This document shows, piece by piece, positions 28,358 through 38,338 of a DNA stretch of 64,000 bases (its first letter is position 1; every line of letters starts with the position of its first letter). The position numbers were made by a program, and so were the translations under genes. Where the stretch lies: NCBI GenBank assembly GCA_045588245.1, contig JAZNDW010000011.1:66271-130270 (forward strand), given 5' to 3'. The DNA comes from Eubacteriales bacterium. Lineage in GTDB: Bacteria > Bacillota > Clostridia > Oscillospirales > CAG-272. Below the pieces are notes generated by a model. It worked only from the letters and a program-made list of their open reading frames with translations, searched no databases and was not told where the DNA came from.

Positions 28358-28417
28358 GACGCAAAAGAGCGCGGAATTGTTCCGCGCTCGATGCAAAAAA
28401 TATTATTTTTTCTTTTT
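28358..28417. repeat. 60-bp direct repeat, copy 1 (contains a hairpin and an ECF-like promoter motif)
   Basis: GACGCAAAAGAGCGCGGAATTGTTCCGCGCTCGATGCAAAAAATATTATTTTTTCTTTTT; one mismatch to 29583-29642. Confidence 0.9.
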
Positions 28418-28615
28418 GTCATATTTATCGAGTTCGACCTCGCTTTTTACTTTTACGTGAGCTTTTTCAATACTGTGAACAACAAACGCACACATCACGG
28501 CCACTGCGGGAACGACACCGAGTCCGTATTGCCGCGAAATAATAATACCGATCACCTCAAAAAAAGTACCAACCGCAAACGTAGTAATAAATGCACCAAA
28601 TGCTTTCACAAGCAC
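28403..28615 (-). CDS. Small hypothetical membrane protein (2 TM)
   Basis: AGGAGG RBS, GTG start, two hydrophobic segments, ends KKKK inside the repeat. Confidence 0.5.
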   Translation of the reverse strand: MLVKAFGAFITTFAVGTFFEVIGIIISRQYGLGVVPAVAVMCAFVVHSIEKAHVKVKSEVELDKYDKKKK

Positions 28616-28629
28616 CCTCCTGTCAATAA

Positions 28630-29421
28630 TTAATCATAGGTGAATGTAATTTGATTACCTAATTCGTCATAAGATGATCCACCTGTTACCGAGAATCCAA
28701 GACCATATTGGGGAATTTCCAATGATATTGATGCATTGGACTTTGCATGAACATAGTGTCCATATAGTGTTGTTGTAAAATTCGATTGTTTCGGAAAAAG
28801 TGTAAATTCTCCATATCCAATTAACATATCAACACCAACCGTTAAATATCCCACTAAATCAGCATACCATGTCACACTTGAAGACGAGGCATTAGCATAC
28901 GCCCACTCGTCAGATTGTGTATGCATCGCAATCTTTCCAAACATATTTGTTCTGTATTCATCCACCTTATGAAAAGAATCATCTACCAATGCGAAATATT
29001 TACTGTCCCACGAAACACCGATAGGATCCTCATAACGATTAAACGGAAGATCTGTCCATTTATATGTATAGATCACATGAATATTATTGCTGTTCGTGTA
29101 TTTATACACGCCCCAAGTTAATGTCAATTCATCCGTTGGAATCTGTCCTCTAGGATTAATGTTGTTTTCAGATATGCTGAAAATTTGATCATCACCATTC
29201 TCCACATTATGAACACATATTTGAGCTTCGACAAAAATCAATTCCGGTTGATTATAAAGTGATTCTTTCAGTGATTCTGGGATGTTGTCCAAATAAGCCT
29301 GAGGATATCCGCGTTCCAAGAGAGCTGCGTCGATGTTCGTGCCAAAATCTGACGCTAAAACCACCATGTTCACAGAAAGCAAAATCGATAACAACAAAAC
29401 CAAGCAAATTGTCTTTTTCAT
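28630..29421 (-). CDS. Hypothetical secreted protein, AT-rich
   Basis: Signal peptide MKKTICLVLLLSILLSVNMVVLA after AAAGGA; base composition differs visibly from its neighbours. Confidence 0.75.
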   Translation of the reverse strand: MKKTICLVLLLSILLSVNMVVLASDFGTNIDAALLERGYPQAYLDNIPESLKESLYNQPELIFVEAQICVHNVENGDDQIFSISENNINPRGQIPTDELTLTWGVYKYTNSNNIHVIYTYKWTDLPFNRYEDPIGVSWDSKYFALVDDSFHKVDEYRTNMFGKIAMHTQSDEWAYANASSSSVTWYADLVGYLTVGVDMLIGYGEFTLFPKQSNFTTTLYGHYVHAKSNASISLEIPQYGLGFSVTGGSSYDELGNQITFTYD

Positions 29422-29582
29422 AACAACATTTCCTTTCACAATTATCGCAACGCGATTTCAACGCGTCCAGACAAAATCAATATTTCAATTATGTTTTACC
29501 AAAAATCGTTGTATTAGTCAAGAAAAATTTTGCATTTTTACTATTCATATCGTGCTTTCAAAATATTATACCCGCTTCAACT

Positions 29583-29642
29583 GACGCAAAAGACCGCGGA
29601 ATTGTTCCGCGCTCGATGCAAAAAATATTATTTTTTCTTTTT
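29583..29642. repeat. 60-bp direct repeat, copy 2 (3' end and terminator region of the GH127/146 gene)
   Basis: Matches 28358-28417 at 59 of 60 positions. Confidence 0.9.
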
Positions 29643-32600
29643 CTTTTTGAAAAGCGCGATTCCAACGATCGCCGCCGCAACAGCCGCAGCCACAGCAATG
29701 ATAGCGGGAACGATTCCGTTGCCGTTGCCGTTGCCATCGCCGTCGCCATCAGCCACCGTCGTATCGGGAGCTTCGGTTTCGGGAGCTTCGGTTTCGGTGG
29801 GATCCGTATCAGTTCCGACCGGCTCGGGGGCGGGCTCGTCAACGGAAATGATTGCAACCTTGATGTAGGTGACGTTGATCGCCTTGTCGTCGGACGTGAA
29901 CAGAAGCGTCAGCTTGCCGTTCGTTACACGCACCTCAGCCTCCGCCGTTCTTCTGCGCGAAAGGTTAAGGTTCTTCGCAACCGTTACCTCATCGTCCGTG
30001 TCGGGATTTGCAACAAGCGTGGGATTGTTCGAGCACCCCCACGGATCCGCAAAGCCGACTGTGACGGAGTACGTTCCGTTTTCAAGCTCAAAGGCGTATT
30101 TTAGACTTCTGTCTATGCCGTTCTCATACTGATTTTTGGTATAGCGGTTTGTTTCGCCCTTCGGCAGTCCGTCAACGCCGCCGTTGTTTTCATAGCACCA
30201 CGTGTTCGCTGTATAAACGCCTTTGCTGATGGCGCTGCCGCCGTATTGGTCTTTCTTATCGTCAACGATACCCCACTTGTATCCTGTAACAGGATCGGCG
30301 CCGTAGCTCTGCTCGGTGACGCTGTTGTGCGTGCCGAAGAGGTCACCTTCGCTGAGCGTTGACGGATCGTGGTCGCCGCAATCAACGAAATATGCAAGGC
30401 TCTCGTCAACGTTCGCGCGTATTCCCTCACCGGGAGTTACGAACGTAACTGTATACTTTCTAGACGTTTCGTGGTCCTCTGCGTAAGCTTCAACGGTATA
30501 ACTCGTGCTTTTTCCGTCAAGCGGCACCGCATACACAACTCTGTCGTATACGATCTTGCCGTCAAAGACGACGTATCCGTAAGGCGTTGCCGTGCTGAAC
30601 GTAACGTTCGCTTCGGCAGCATCTGCATTGAGCAATACCGTTATATTCTTGCCGTCGTATTCGACCTCGCCCTCGTCCGTATCAACGGTAAGCGCCGTAT
30701 CGGTGCTATACGAACGGACGGTATATAAGAACGTGCAAAGTCTTGCGGATTCTTCACCGTTTTGTCCGGCAAATCGAAGCGTTACGGCTTTTTTATTTTT
30801 CCCGTTCACGTCAATGTTTTCTGCATTTGACGAAATTACGTCTTCGGGTATCGGTATCATGACCTGATATTCCGCGTCCGTTCCGCTGTATGAGAGCGTT
30901 TCCGAAAAGAGCACGTCATCGCCGACCGTGATGTGTATCGTCTTGCCGTTGTCAGCTTTGGCAAATGTCAAAAGCAGTGACGTCGGCTCATTTCCACCGA
31001 CAAGCATACGGTACGTGAACGAACCGCCCTCCTTCGCGTAGCGGGACGTGCCGTTTGCCGTTGAGCCAACGGAGCCCTCGCCGTGCTCGGTCATAACGTG
31101 AAGCTCGTCGTTTTCGTACTGACCGTATCCGGGCTGGACAGTGTCATACAGATTCGCATCAAGGCGCTCGTTGCGCTTTGACGCGAGGAAAGCAACGACA
31201 TTAAGTCCCGAATCGCTCTCGCGTAGCGTCCAATATAAGCCGTAGCGTTCCTTGTGCTGTGTGTAGTGCGTCACAAAAGTGAGATTTGCGTCCGTATTTT
31301 TGAGCGTGAATGCGAGCTCTCCGTCCGCTGTATCGTTGCGCACGAGATTCTCGTTGATGTTTTCGATAAACTCATCAACGGTCTGTCCGTTCAGGATAGT
31401 GATAACGTCCGAGCCGGATTGAGCGTATTTTTTCTCGATCTGCTTTGAGGCAGGTATCGTAACGTCAACACCCGTCGTCGTCGATAACATATTGTTCGTA
31501 CCGAGAAGTGCGCTCAAAACGACAGGACCGTATTTGAACGCAACGGAGTTTTCGTTGTCAGCAAGTCTGTGGACGGTGACGTTCATGGGAAGCGTCAGCG
31601 TGATCTCGGTGCCGTCCGCAAACGGACCTTTCACGAGCGCGTATCCGTCAACGGTTTCGTATGCGTATTCGTCCCCACCAACGGTCAGCTTTGCGTCCGA
31701 AGCCATCCAGTCGGGCAAACGGAAATAAACGTCGATGTTGGCTTTTTTGCCATCTTTCGTGCTGACAGTGAAGCTTGCAGTATCGGTTTTCGGGATGTCC
31801 GTGCTTTGCGTCACGGTCACGCCCTTCTCATTCCACGTCAGGACGGATCCGATATACTGATTGACGATTATGGCGTTGTCATTTTTGAAGTAGAGGCTGT
31901 CGCCGAGCTTCGTGAAGTTTTCCATACCCGATCCGGTGCAGCACCAGAACTTCGTGAACTCCGTTCCGTAGACCTTGAAGTATCCCGTCGCCATCGGCTG
32001 GAAATACGTCGTCATGCCCGTTTTCGGATTCTGCGAAGACATAATTGCGTTAAGATATGCGTTTTCGTAATAATCCGCGTACTTCACCTTACCCGTGATA
32101 AGGAAGAGGGCACGTGCCAGCTTCAGCATATTATACGTGTTACACGTTTCGCAGTTGCAGTTTGTTCTCTCTGCGTCAAGGATGTGATCCTCGCCGAAAT
32201 GCTCCCATTCGCTGTTGCCGCCTGTGATGTAGGTGTGCTTATCAACGACCATATCAAAGAAAGCTTCTGCGTACCGCAGGTAAATGTCAGCGTCAACGGT
32301 CGAACCGTTGACGGTCTTGCCGTCACACTGTATGTAGCGGTTGAGCGCACCCAAAAACTTCGGGATCGTCGTATTCGCGTGACGGTTATTGAGTGCATTT
32401 TCCGTTCCCTTACGCACGTTTTCAAAAAGCCACGTTTCATCAAATGCGTGTGCCGCTGCCGCGTGCTCGTCCTTGCCGGTGATACCGTAAAGTTCGTATA
32501 AGCAATCGTTCATGCCTCCGTATTCGATACCAAGAACGTGACGTCGGAGCTCCTCGCTCCATGAGCTCGTTCTTCCGTAACACCAATCGCCGAGATCGGA

Positions 32601-33251
32601 TGCCGTCGTCTTCGCCGGCTCGTACCCCGTCAGCTTATATACGTCAACGAGGCCTGCAAGGATCTTATGCATCGTGTACCACGGCACCCACGCCTGTGTG
32701 ATAATGTTGGTGCGTCCGAGCTCAACGTTGTCGAACTGTATTTCTATATTCTTTCTGTCGATGATCTGCGCCCCGAAAATGAAGCCCGTACCGACTGTGG
32801 TCTGACATTCACGCAGTCCGTCCGTCATCTCGACTAAAATATCATAAAGCTTGGCTTTGTTTTCATCTCCGTCGGGAAGCGTAGCATACGCCTGAGCACA
32901 CGCCGTCAGATAATGTCCGACGCAATGTCCGCCGATGAGCATATTTTCCCAGCCGGGATAGCGCTCCGCGCCCTTCATGTCGATGCCCGCCGTGTCGCGG
33001 AAGCCCGCGAGCAGTTTGTCGATATCAAAGCTCAACAAATACTTGATCTCAAGCTCTTGTGCGTTTTCAAAATAGTCGTTTGTAAACGCAACCTCATTTA
33101 AGTTGAATGTCGTACTGTTCTGCAAAGCCGTAGTCTCCTTTGTTTCATTTTCTGCGGCGGCAGCTGTAAAAACGCATGCCCCGACGATTGCCGATACGGT
33201 TACGGTGAAGGACAAAAATCCCGCCGCGCCGCGATGTAAAAAGTTTTTCAT
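29628..33251 (-). CDS. Beta-L-arabinofuranosidase-like glycoside hydrolase (DUF1680; GH127/GH146), multidomain, C-terminally membrane-anchored
   Basis: GHCVGHYLTA, EYGGMND, HANTTIPK, CETCNTYNMLKL, FWCCTGSGMENF; C-terminal P/E/T linker, TM and KKKKKK. Confidence 0.88.
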   Translation of the reverse strand: MKNFLHRGAAGFLSFTVTVSAIVGACVFTAAAAENETKETTALQNSTTFNLNEVAFTNDYFENAQELEIKYLLSFDIDKLLAGFRDTAGIDMKGAERYPGWENMLIGGHCVGHYLTACAQAYATLPDGDENKAKLYDILVEMTDGLRECQTTVGTGFIFGAQIIDRKNIEIQFDNVELGRTNIITQAWVPWYTMHKILAGLVDVYKLTGYEPAKTTASDLGDWCYGRTSSWSEELRRHVLGIEYGGMNDCLYELYGITGKDEHAAAAHAFDETWLFENVRKGTENALNNRHANTTIPKFLGALNRYIQCDGKTVNGSTVDADIYLRYAEAFFDMVVDKHTYITGGNSEWEHFGEDHILDAERTNCNCETCNTYNMLKLARALFLITGKVKYADYYENAYLNAIMSSQNPKTGMTTYFQPMATGYFKVYGTEFTKFWCCTGSGMENFTKLGDSLYFKNDNAIIVNQYIGSVLTWNEKGVTVTQSTDIPKTDTASFTVSTKDGKKANIDVYFRLPDWMASDAKLTVGGDEYAYETVDGYALVKGPFADGTEITLTLPMNVTVHRLADNENSVAFKYGPVVLSALLGTNNMLSTTTGVDVTIPASKQIEKKYAQSGSDVITILNGQTVDEFIENINENLVRNDTADGELAFTLKNTDANLTFVTHYTQHKERYGLYWTLRESDSGLNVVAFLASKRNERLDANLYDTVQPGYGQYENDELHVMTEHGEGSVGSTANGTSRYAKEGGSFTYRMLVGGNEPTSLLLTFAKADNGKTIHITVGDDVLFSETLSYSGTDAEYQVMIPIPEDVISSNAENIDVNGKNKKAVTLRFAGQNGEESARLCTFLYTVRSYSTDTALTVDTDEGEVEYDGKNITVLLNADAAEANVTFSTATPYGYVVFDGKIVYDRVVYAVPLDGKSTSYTVEAYAEDHETSRKYTVTFVTPGEGIRANVDESLAYFVDCGDHDPSTLSEGDLFGTHNSVTEQSYGADPVTGYKWGIVDDKKDQYGGSAISKGVYTANTWCYENNGGVDGLPKGETNRYTKNQYENGIDRSLKYAFELENGTYSVTVGFADPWGCSNNPTLVANPDTDDEVTVAKNLNLSRRRTAEAEVRVTNGKLTLLFTSDDKAINVTYIKVAIISVDEPAPEPVGTDTDPTETEAPETEAPDTTVADGDGDGNGNGNGIVPAIIAVAAAVAAAIVGIALFKKKKKK

Positions 33252-33388
33252 TTGTTACAGTCCCATATTCGAAAGGATGTTATTATAATTATTATATCAA
33301 ATAAACGTATTATATGTAAAGAACGAAAACACGTTAAACGAGAAAAAAGAGGCGTAGGGCGCCTCTTTTTCTCTGTTTTGATCTATTC

Positions 33389-35296
33389 TTAAAGTGACTT
33401 TTCGTCGTTTTCGCGTGTTGCGTTTGCGATGAATTCGTCAAGCGGCATAACGATCGCCTTGTTCTCTTCCTTGCGGGAGCGAACGGAAACGGTACCGTCT
33501 TCCTTTTCTCTGTCGCCGACAACGAGAACGTACGGGATCTTCTGAAGCTGTGCTTCGCGGATCTTATAACCGATCTTTTCGTTTCTGTCGTCAAGCTCAA
33601 CTCTGAAGCCTGCTGCCGCGAGCTTTTCCTTAACCAGAGCGGCGTAATCGTTGATCTCGCCGCGGATAGCCATAACTCTGATCTGAACGGGAGCAAGCCA
33701 AAGCGGGAATGCACCTGCGAAATGCTCGGTGAGAATGCCAATGAAGCGTTCGATCGAACCGAATACGACACGGTGTATCATAACGGGACGGTGCTTTTCA
33801 TTGTCGGCACCGACGTAGGAGAGGTCGAATCTCTCGGGCAGGTTCATGTCGAGCTGGATCGTACCGCACTGCCACGTTCTGCCGAGGCAGTCGCGGAGGT
33901 GGAAGTCGATCTTCGGGCCGTAGAAGGCGCCATCGCCTTCGTTTACGATATATTCAACGCCGAGGTCGTCGAGCGCACCGCGCAGACCGTCCGTCGCGAG
34001 CTCCCACATCTCGTCCGTTCCGATAGAGCCCTCGGGACGTGTTGAAAGCTCAACGTGATATGTGAATCCGAACAGCGAGTAAACCTTATTGATGAGGTTA
34101 TATACACCCTTGATCTCGTCGCGGATCTGATCGGGACGCATGAAGATGTGCGCGTCGTCCTGCGTGAAACAGCGCACGCGCATGAGTCCGTGCAGAGCGC
34201 CCGACAGCTCGTTGCGGTGAACGAGTCCGAGCTCGCCCGAACGAACGGGAAGCTCGCGGTAGCTCCAGATCTTGCGCTTGAACACGAGCATGCCTCCGGG
34301 GCAGTTCATCGGCTTGATGGCGAAGTCTTCGTCGTCGATCTTTGTCGTGTACATGCTGTCCTGATAGTGTTCCCAGTGACCGGAACGCTCCCAGAGCGCG
34401 CGGTTGAGCATCATGGGCGTCTTGATCTCCTCGTAGCCTGCCTTGATATGCTCTTCGCGCCAGAAATTTTCAAGCAGGTTGCGAAGGATCATGCCCTTAG
34501 GAAGGAAGAACGGGAAGCCGGGACCTTCTTCGTAGATATCGTAAAGGTCAAGCTCGCGACCGATCTTTCTGTGGTCGCGCTTCTTCGCTTCTTCAATCAT
34601 CAGCTTATATTCGTTGAGCAGCGTCTTGTTCGGGAACGCAACACCGTAAATACGGCGGAGCATCTTATTTTTCGCGTCACCTTCCCAGTATGCGCCTGTC
34701 AGCGCTGTGAGGGAGAACGCCTTTACGATACCGGTCGTGAAGAGGTGCGGACCTGCGCAGAGGTCTGTGAACTCGCCCTGACGGTAGAAGGATATCTCCT
34801 CGCCTTCGGGAACACGGTCGATGAGAAGCACCTTGTAGGGCTCGCCTGCATCTTCCATAAGCTTTTTCGCTTCGTCGCGAGGGAGCGAGAAACGCTCTAT
34901 TTTGAGGTTTTCCTTAACGATCTTCTGCATTTCGGCTTCGATCTTGGGAAGGTCCTCCTGAACGAAGGGGGTGTCACGGTCGATATCGTAATAAAAACCG
35001 TTTTCGATAGCGGGTCCGATCGTCAGTTTGGATTCGGGATAAAGACGCTTTACAGCCTGCGCGAGGATGTGAGATGCGGTGTGGAAGAAGGTATGCTTAC
35101 CTTCTGCATCGTCGAACGTGTAAAGCGCAACTTCGCAGTCGGAATCGATCTTATGAGTAAGATCGACAGTCTCGCCGTTCACACCGGCGGCAATGATCTC
35201 GCGGGAGATAAGTCCTGCCTCGCGAGCGGCGTCAAACACCGAAATGGGAGCATCCCCCGTATATTCGGCGCCACTGACAAATTTAACTTTGAACAT
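33389..35296 (-). CDS. thrS: Threonyl-tRNA synthetase
   Basis: HTASHILAQA, DLCAGPH, RDHRKIG, KPMNCPG, GAFYGPKIDF, HRVVFGSIERF. Confidence 0.98.
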   Translation of the reverse strand: MFKVKFVSGAEYTGDAPISVFDAAREAGLISREIIAAGVNGETVDLTHKIDSDCEVALYTFDDAEGKHTFFHTASHILAQAVKRLYPESKLTIGPAIENGFYYDIDRDTPFVQEDLPKIEAEMQKIVKENLKIERFSLPRDEAKKLMEDAGEPYKVLLIDRVPEGEEISFYRQGEFTDLCAGPHLFTTGIVKAFSLTALTGAYWEGDAKNKMLRRIYGVAFPNKTLLNEYKLMIEEAKKRDHRKIGRELDLYDIYEEGPGFPFFLPKGMILRNLLENFWREEHIKAGYEEIKTPMMLNRALWERSGHWEHYQDSMYTTKIDDEDFAIKPMNCPGGMLVFKRKIWSYRELPVRSGELGLVHRNELSGALHGLMRVRCFTQDDAHIFMRPDQIRDEIKGVYNLINKVYSLFGFTYHVELSTRPEGSIGTDEMWELATDGLRGALDDLGVEYIVNEGDGAFYGPKIDFHLRDCLGRTWQCGTIQLDMNLPERFDLSYVGADNEKHRPVMIHRVVFGSIERFIGILTEHFAGAFPLWLAPVQIRVMAIRGEINDYAALVKEKLAAAGFRVELDDRNEKIGYKIREAQLQKIPYVLVVGDREKEDGTVSVRSRKEENKAIVMPLDEFIANATRENDEKSL

Positions 35297-35374
35297 AATA
35301 ACTCCATTCTGCCGTATGGCAAGTAAAAATATAAACGTAAATTATATTGAAAACGGTTTTTTCCGTATCAAAAC

Positions 35375-35585
35375 ATAAAAAACGGCAGTCCGAGAAATCA
35401 TTTCTCGAGACTGCCGGGGTGCGCGTCGAAACACACACGGTTCCACCCGTGCTTTAACTCATTACATATGAAATTTATCAGCAACAGGGCGGTACCGAAG
35501 TCATTGGCACGGCGGCGCGGTTTCAGCTCGCGCGGAATACCGCGCGCCTCGCCTCTCTGTTGCCGTCCTTACGGTGACTTTGGCT
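35375..35585 (-). ncRNA. T-box leader of thrS
   Basis: Minus strand AAGCACGGGTGGAACCGTG T-box, then terminator CGGCAGTCTCGAGAAAT-g-ATTTCTCGGACTGCCG-TTTTTT; the specifier codon could not be resolved. Confidence 0.8.
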
Positions 35586-35604
35586 TATTCCTTTGCTCGT
35601 CGGA

Positions 35605-36042
35605 TCAAACGTTGACGCCGCGGCGGCGACGGTTATACTCCGATCTGGGATTTACGATCTCGCGCCAATCGAGGTCGCCTCTTTCAAGCGCGTGAATAAT
35701 AACCTCCGCACTTGCAATATTCGTTGCGAAGGGAACGTTATGAACGTCGCACATACGCAAAAGATGATACTCCGCTTCATCGAACACCGGCTTCGGATTC
35801 GTGGAACGGAAATAGAGAAGAACGTCGATCTCGTCGCACGCAATTCTTGAGGTGATCTGCTGTTCGCCTCCGTGGCTTCCGGGCAGGAGCGATTCCACTT
35901 CAAGCCCGATCGCGTCGCTTAAAACCGCGGCAGTCTTCGCCGTTGCGCAGATGTGGTGCTTGGACAGAACTCCGCCGTATGCTGTGCAAAACTGTAGCAT
36001 AAGTTCTTTTCTCGTATCGTCGGCAATGATTGCTATTTCCAT
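35605..36042 (-). CDS. mgsA: Methylglyoxal synthase
   Basis: IAIIADDTRKELM, GSHGGEQQI, LRMCDVHNVPFATNIASAE (clostridial type). Confidence 0.85.
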   Translation of the reverse strand: MEIAIIADDTRKELMLQFCTAYGGVLSKHHICATAKTAAVLSDAIGLEVESLLPGSHGGEQQITSRIACDEIDVLLYFRSTNPKPVFDEAEYHLLRMCDVHNVPFATNIASAEVIIHALERGDLDWREIVNPRSEYNRRRRGVNV

Positions 36043-36078
36043 ATATGCGACATTCTCCTTTGATATTTTTATGTAAGC

Positions 36079-36837
36079 TTAATGCTTTTTGGCAAATGAA
36101 AGATTGTTTCCGAGAGGGATATCGTATCCGATGATCCTCATGGCTATGTTATAAAACGCATCGGGCGCGTCGCAGTTTGCGACTGCGGCTGCAGGTTTGC
36201 CCTGCTCCTGTCCCCGCTTCATACGCTCGTCAAAAGGAACAACGCCCAAAAGCGGTATTCTCGTTTCGTCGATCATCTCCGTGATGCGGGCTTCGTTTTT
36301 GGCTCCGCGGTAGGAATTGATCACAAGATGCATATTTTTTACGCCGCAAGCCGAAAGCTCATCTGCCGTTTTTGCGGCGGCGCGGATCGCAGGGGCAGAC
36401 GGTGTTGATACTATTATCGCCTCATATACCGTTTCAAGATACACCGCAAGCGGAAATTCTATGCCGCCAGACGTATCGATGATAAGATAATCGGCACTGA
36501 CAGCGTCAGCGCAGCTGACAGCGGCCTTCGCCGCTTTCACGGGATCCATGGCGGTGCCTGACGGCGGAACGGTGCAGTAAAAAAAGTTTTCACAGCGCGG
36601 ATCACAGAGGATCGCTTCCGCAGGTGCAACTCTGCTCTCTGCAACGTCGTGGAGATCGAACATGCCCGGATCCTCGTATCCGAGGAAGAGGTCTGCCGTT
36701 CTGTTTTTAGTGTCGCAGTCAGCAAGCATAACTTTTTTGCCGCAGAGCGCGAGTGTAAATGCCAGGTTGACGGCGACAGTCGATTTTCCGACGCCGCCTT
36801 TGCAGGAAGTGACAAGATATATGTTCGCGTTATCCAT
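36079..36837 (-). CDS. MinD/ParA-family ATPase (divergent MinD-like)
   Basis: VTSCKGGVGKST deviant Walker A, YLIIDT, LLGVVPFDE, AFYNIAMRI; directly upstream of mgsA. Confidence 0.75.
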   Translation of the reverse strand: MDNANIYLVTSCKGGVGKSTVAVNLAFTLALCGKKVMLADCDTKNRTADLFLGYEDPGMFDLHDVAESRVAPAEAILCDPRCENFFYCTVPPSGTAMDPVKAAKAAVSCADAVSADYLIIDTSGGIEFPLAVYLETVYEAIIVSTPSAPAIRAAAKTADELSACGVKNMHLVINSYRGAKNEARITEMIDETRIPLLGVVPFDERMKRGQEQGKPAAAVANCDAPDAFYNIAMRIIGYDIPLGNNLSFAKKH

Positions 36838-37079
36838 ACATCCTTCCTTTCCGCACTTGACCGCAATAAGACATTATACGAGTTAGATTATATCATGATT
36901 CAATTCGTTTGTCAATAAACTGTATACAAAATACTTCCCTATGGCATCATTCTTCTCTCTCCAAAATGAAGTTTTTCGCTCCATACGGCTGATAATTGTG
37001 GGATTTATATATTGTATTATAAGGAATATTATTGTATAATAAAATGGAATGTAAAAAATAAAATGGGAGAGATTGATCA

Positions 37080-38324
37080 ATGATAAATGAAATTATAAAC
37101 AAACTTTATGAATCCGATGAAGAAGTTGCCTCCGCCATCGGCGCGGAATTCAAGCGCCAGAAATCAAAAATCGAGCTTATCGCCTCCGAAAACTTCGTTT
37201 CCGAAGCCGTTATGATCGCCGCAGGCACTCCTCTTACGAATAAATATGCCGAAGGGTATCCCGGAAAACGCTATTACGGCGGCTGTGAATGCGTAGACAT
37301 AGTTGAAAACATCGCGCGTGAGCGCGCTTGCCGTCTTTTCGGTGCCGAACACGCAAACGTTCAGCCCCACAGCGGCTCTCAGGCAAACACCGCCGTTTAC
37401 GTCGCACTGCTTGAAGCAGGCGACACCGTCATGGGAATGAGCCTTTCCGCAGGCGGTCACCTCACACACGGCAGCCCCGTCAATCTGTCGGGACTTTACT
37501 ATAACTTCGTTCCCTACGGCGTTGACGATGAAACTCATCTGATCGACTACGACAAAATGCAAGAGCAGGCTCTCGAGTGCAAGCCCAAGCTCATCGTTGC
37601 GGGTGCTTCCGCATACCCGAGAGTTATCGACTTTGCACGTCTGCGCCAAATCGCCGATTCCGTCGGCGCATACCTCATGGTTGACATGGCTCACATTGCC
37701 GGTCTTGTTGCGGCAGGACTTCACCCCAATCCCGTCCCCTACGCCGACGTCGTTACGACGACAACACACAAGACGCTCCGCGGTCCGCGCGGCGGTCTTA
37801 TCCTTTGCCGCGAAGAGCTCGCAAAGAAGATCGACAAAGCCATCTTCCCGGGCATTCAGGGCGGTCCGCTGCTCCACATCATCGCCGCGAAAGCCGTTTG
37901 CTTCGGAGAAGCTCTCAAGCCCGAGTTCAAGACGTATCAGGAGCAGATCGTTAAAAACGCAAAAGCTCTTGCAGATACGCTCGTTTCGGGCGGCTTCAAC
38001 CTCGTTTCGGGCGGTACCGACAACCATCTGATGCTCGTTGACCTCCGTCCCTTCGGCGTTACGGGTAAGGATTTCGAGCACAACCTCGACGAGGTCGGCA
38101 TCACCTGCAACAAAAACGCTATCCCGAACGATCCTGCATCTCCGTTCGTCACGAGCGGTGTCCGCATCGGTACGCCTGCTGTGACTTCACGCGGAATGAA
38201 AGAGCCTGAGATGGTAAAGATCGGCGAGATGATCACCGCTATCGCCAAGGATCCCGTCGGCAACGCCGACACGGTCCGTGAAGGCGTACGCGAGCTTTGC
38301 GAGCGTTTCCCTCTCTACGACTGA
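37080..38324 (+). CDS. glyA: Serine hydroxymethyltransferase
   Basis: [37 protein letters not shown]. Confidence 0.98.
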   Translation: MINEIINKLYESDEEVASAIGAEFKRQKSKIELIASENFVSEAVMIAAGTPLTNKYAEGYPGKRYYGGCECVDIVENIARERACRLFGAEHANVQPHSGSQANTAVYVALLEAGDTVMGMSLSAGGHLTHGSPVNLSGLYYNFVPYGVDDETHLIDYDKMQEQALECKPKLIVAGASAYPRVIDFARLRQIADSVGAYLMVDMAHIAGLVAAGLHPNPVPYADVVTTTTHKTLRGPRGGLILCREELAKKIDKAIFPGIQGGPLLHIIAAKAVCFGEALKPEFKTYQEQIVKNAKALADTLVSGGFNLVSGGTDNHLMLVDLRPFGVTGKDFEHNLDEVGITCNKNAIPNDPASPFVTSGVRIGTPAVTSRGMKEPEMVKIGEMITAIAKDPVGNADTVREGVRELCERFPLYD

Positions 38325-38338
38325 ATAGGTAACGATAT

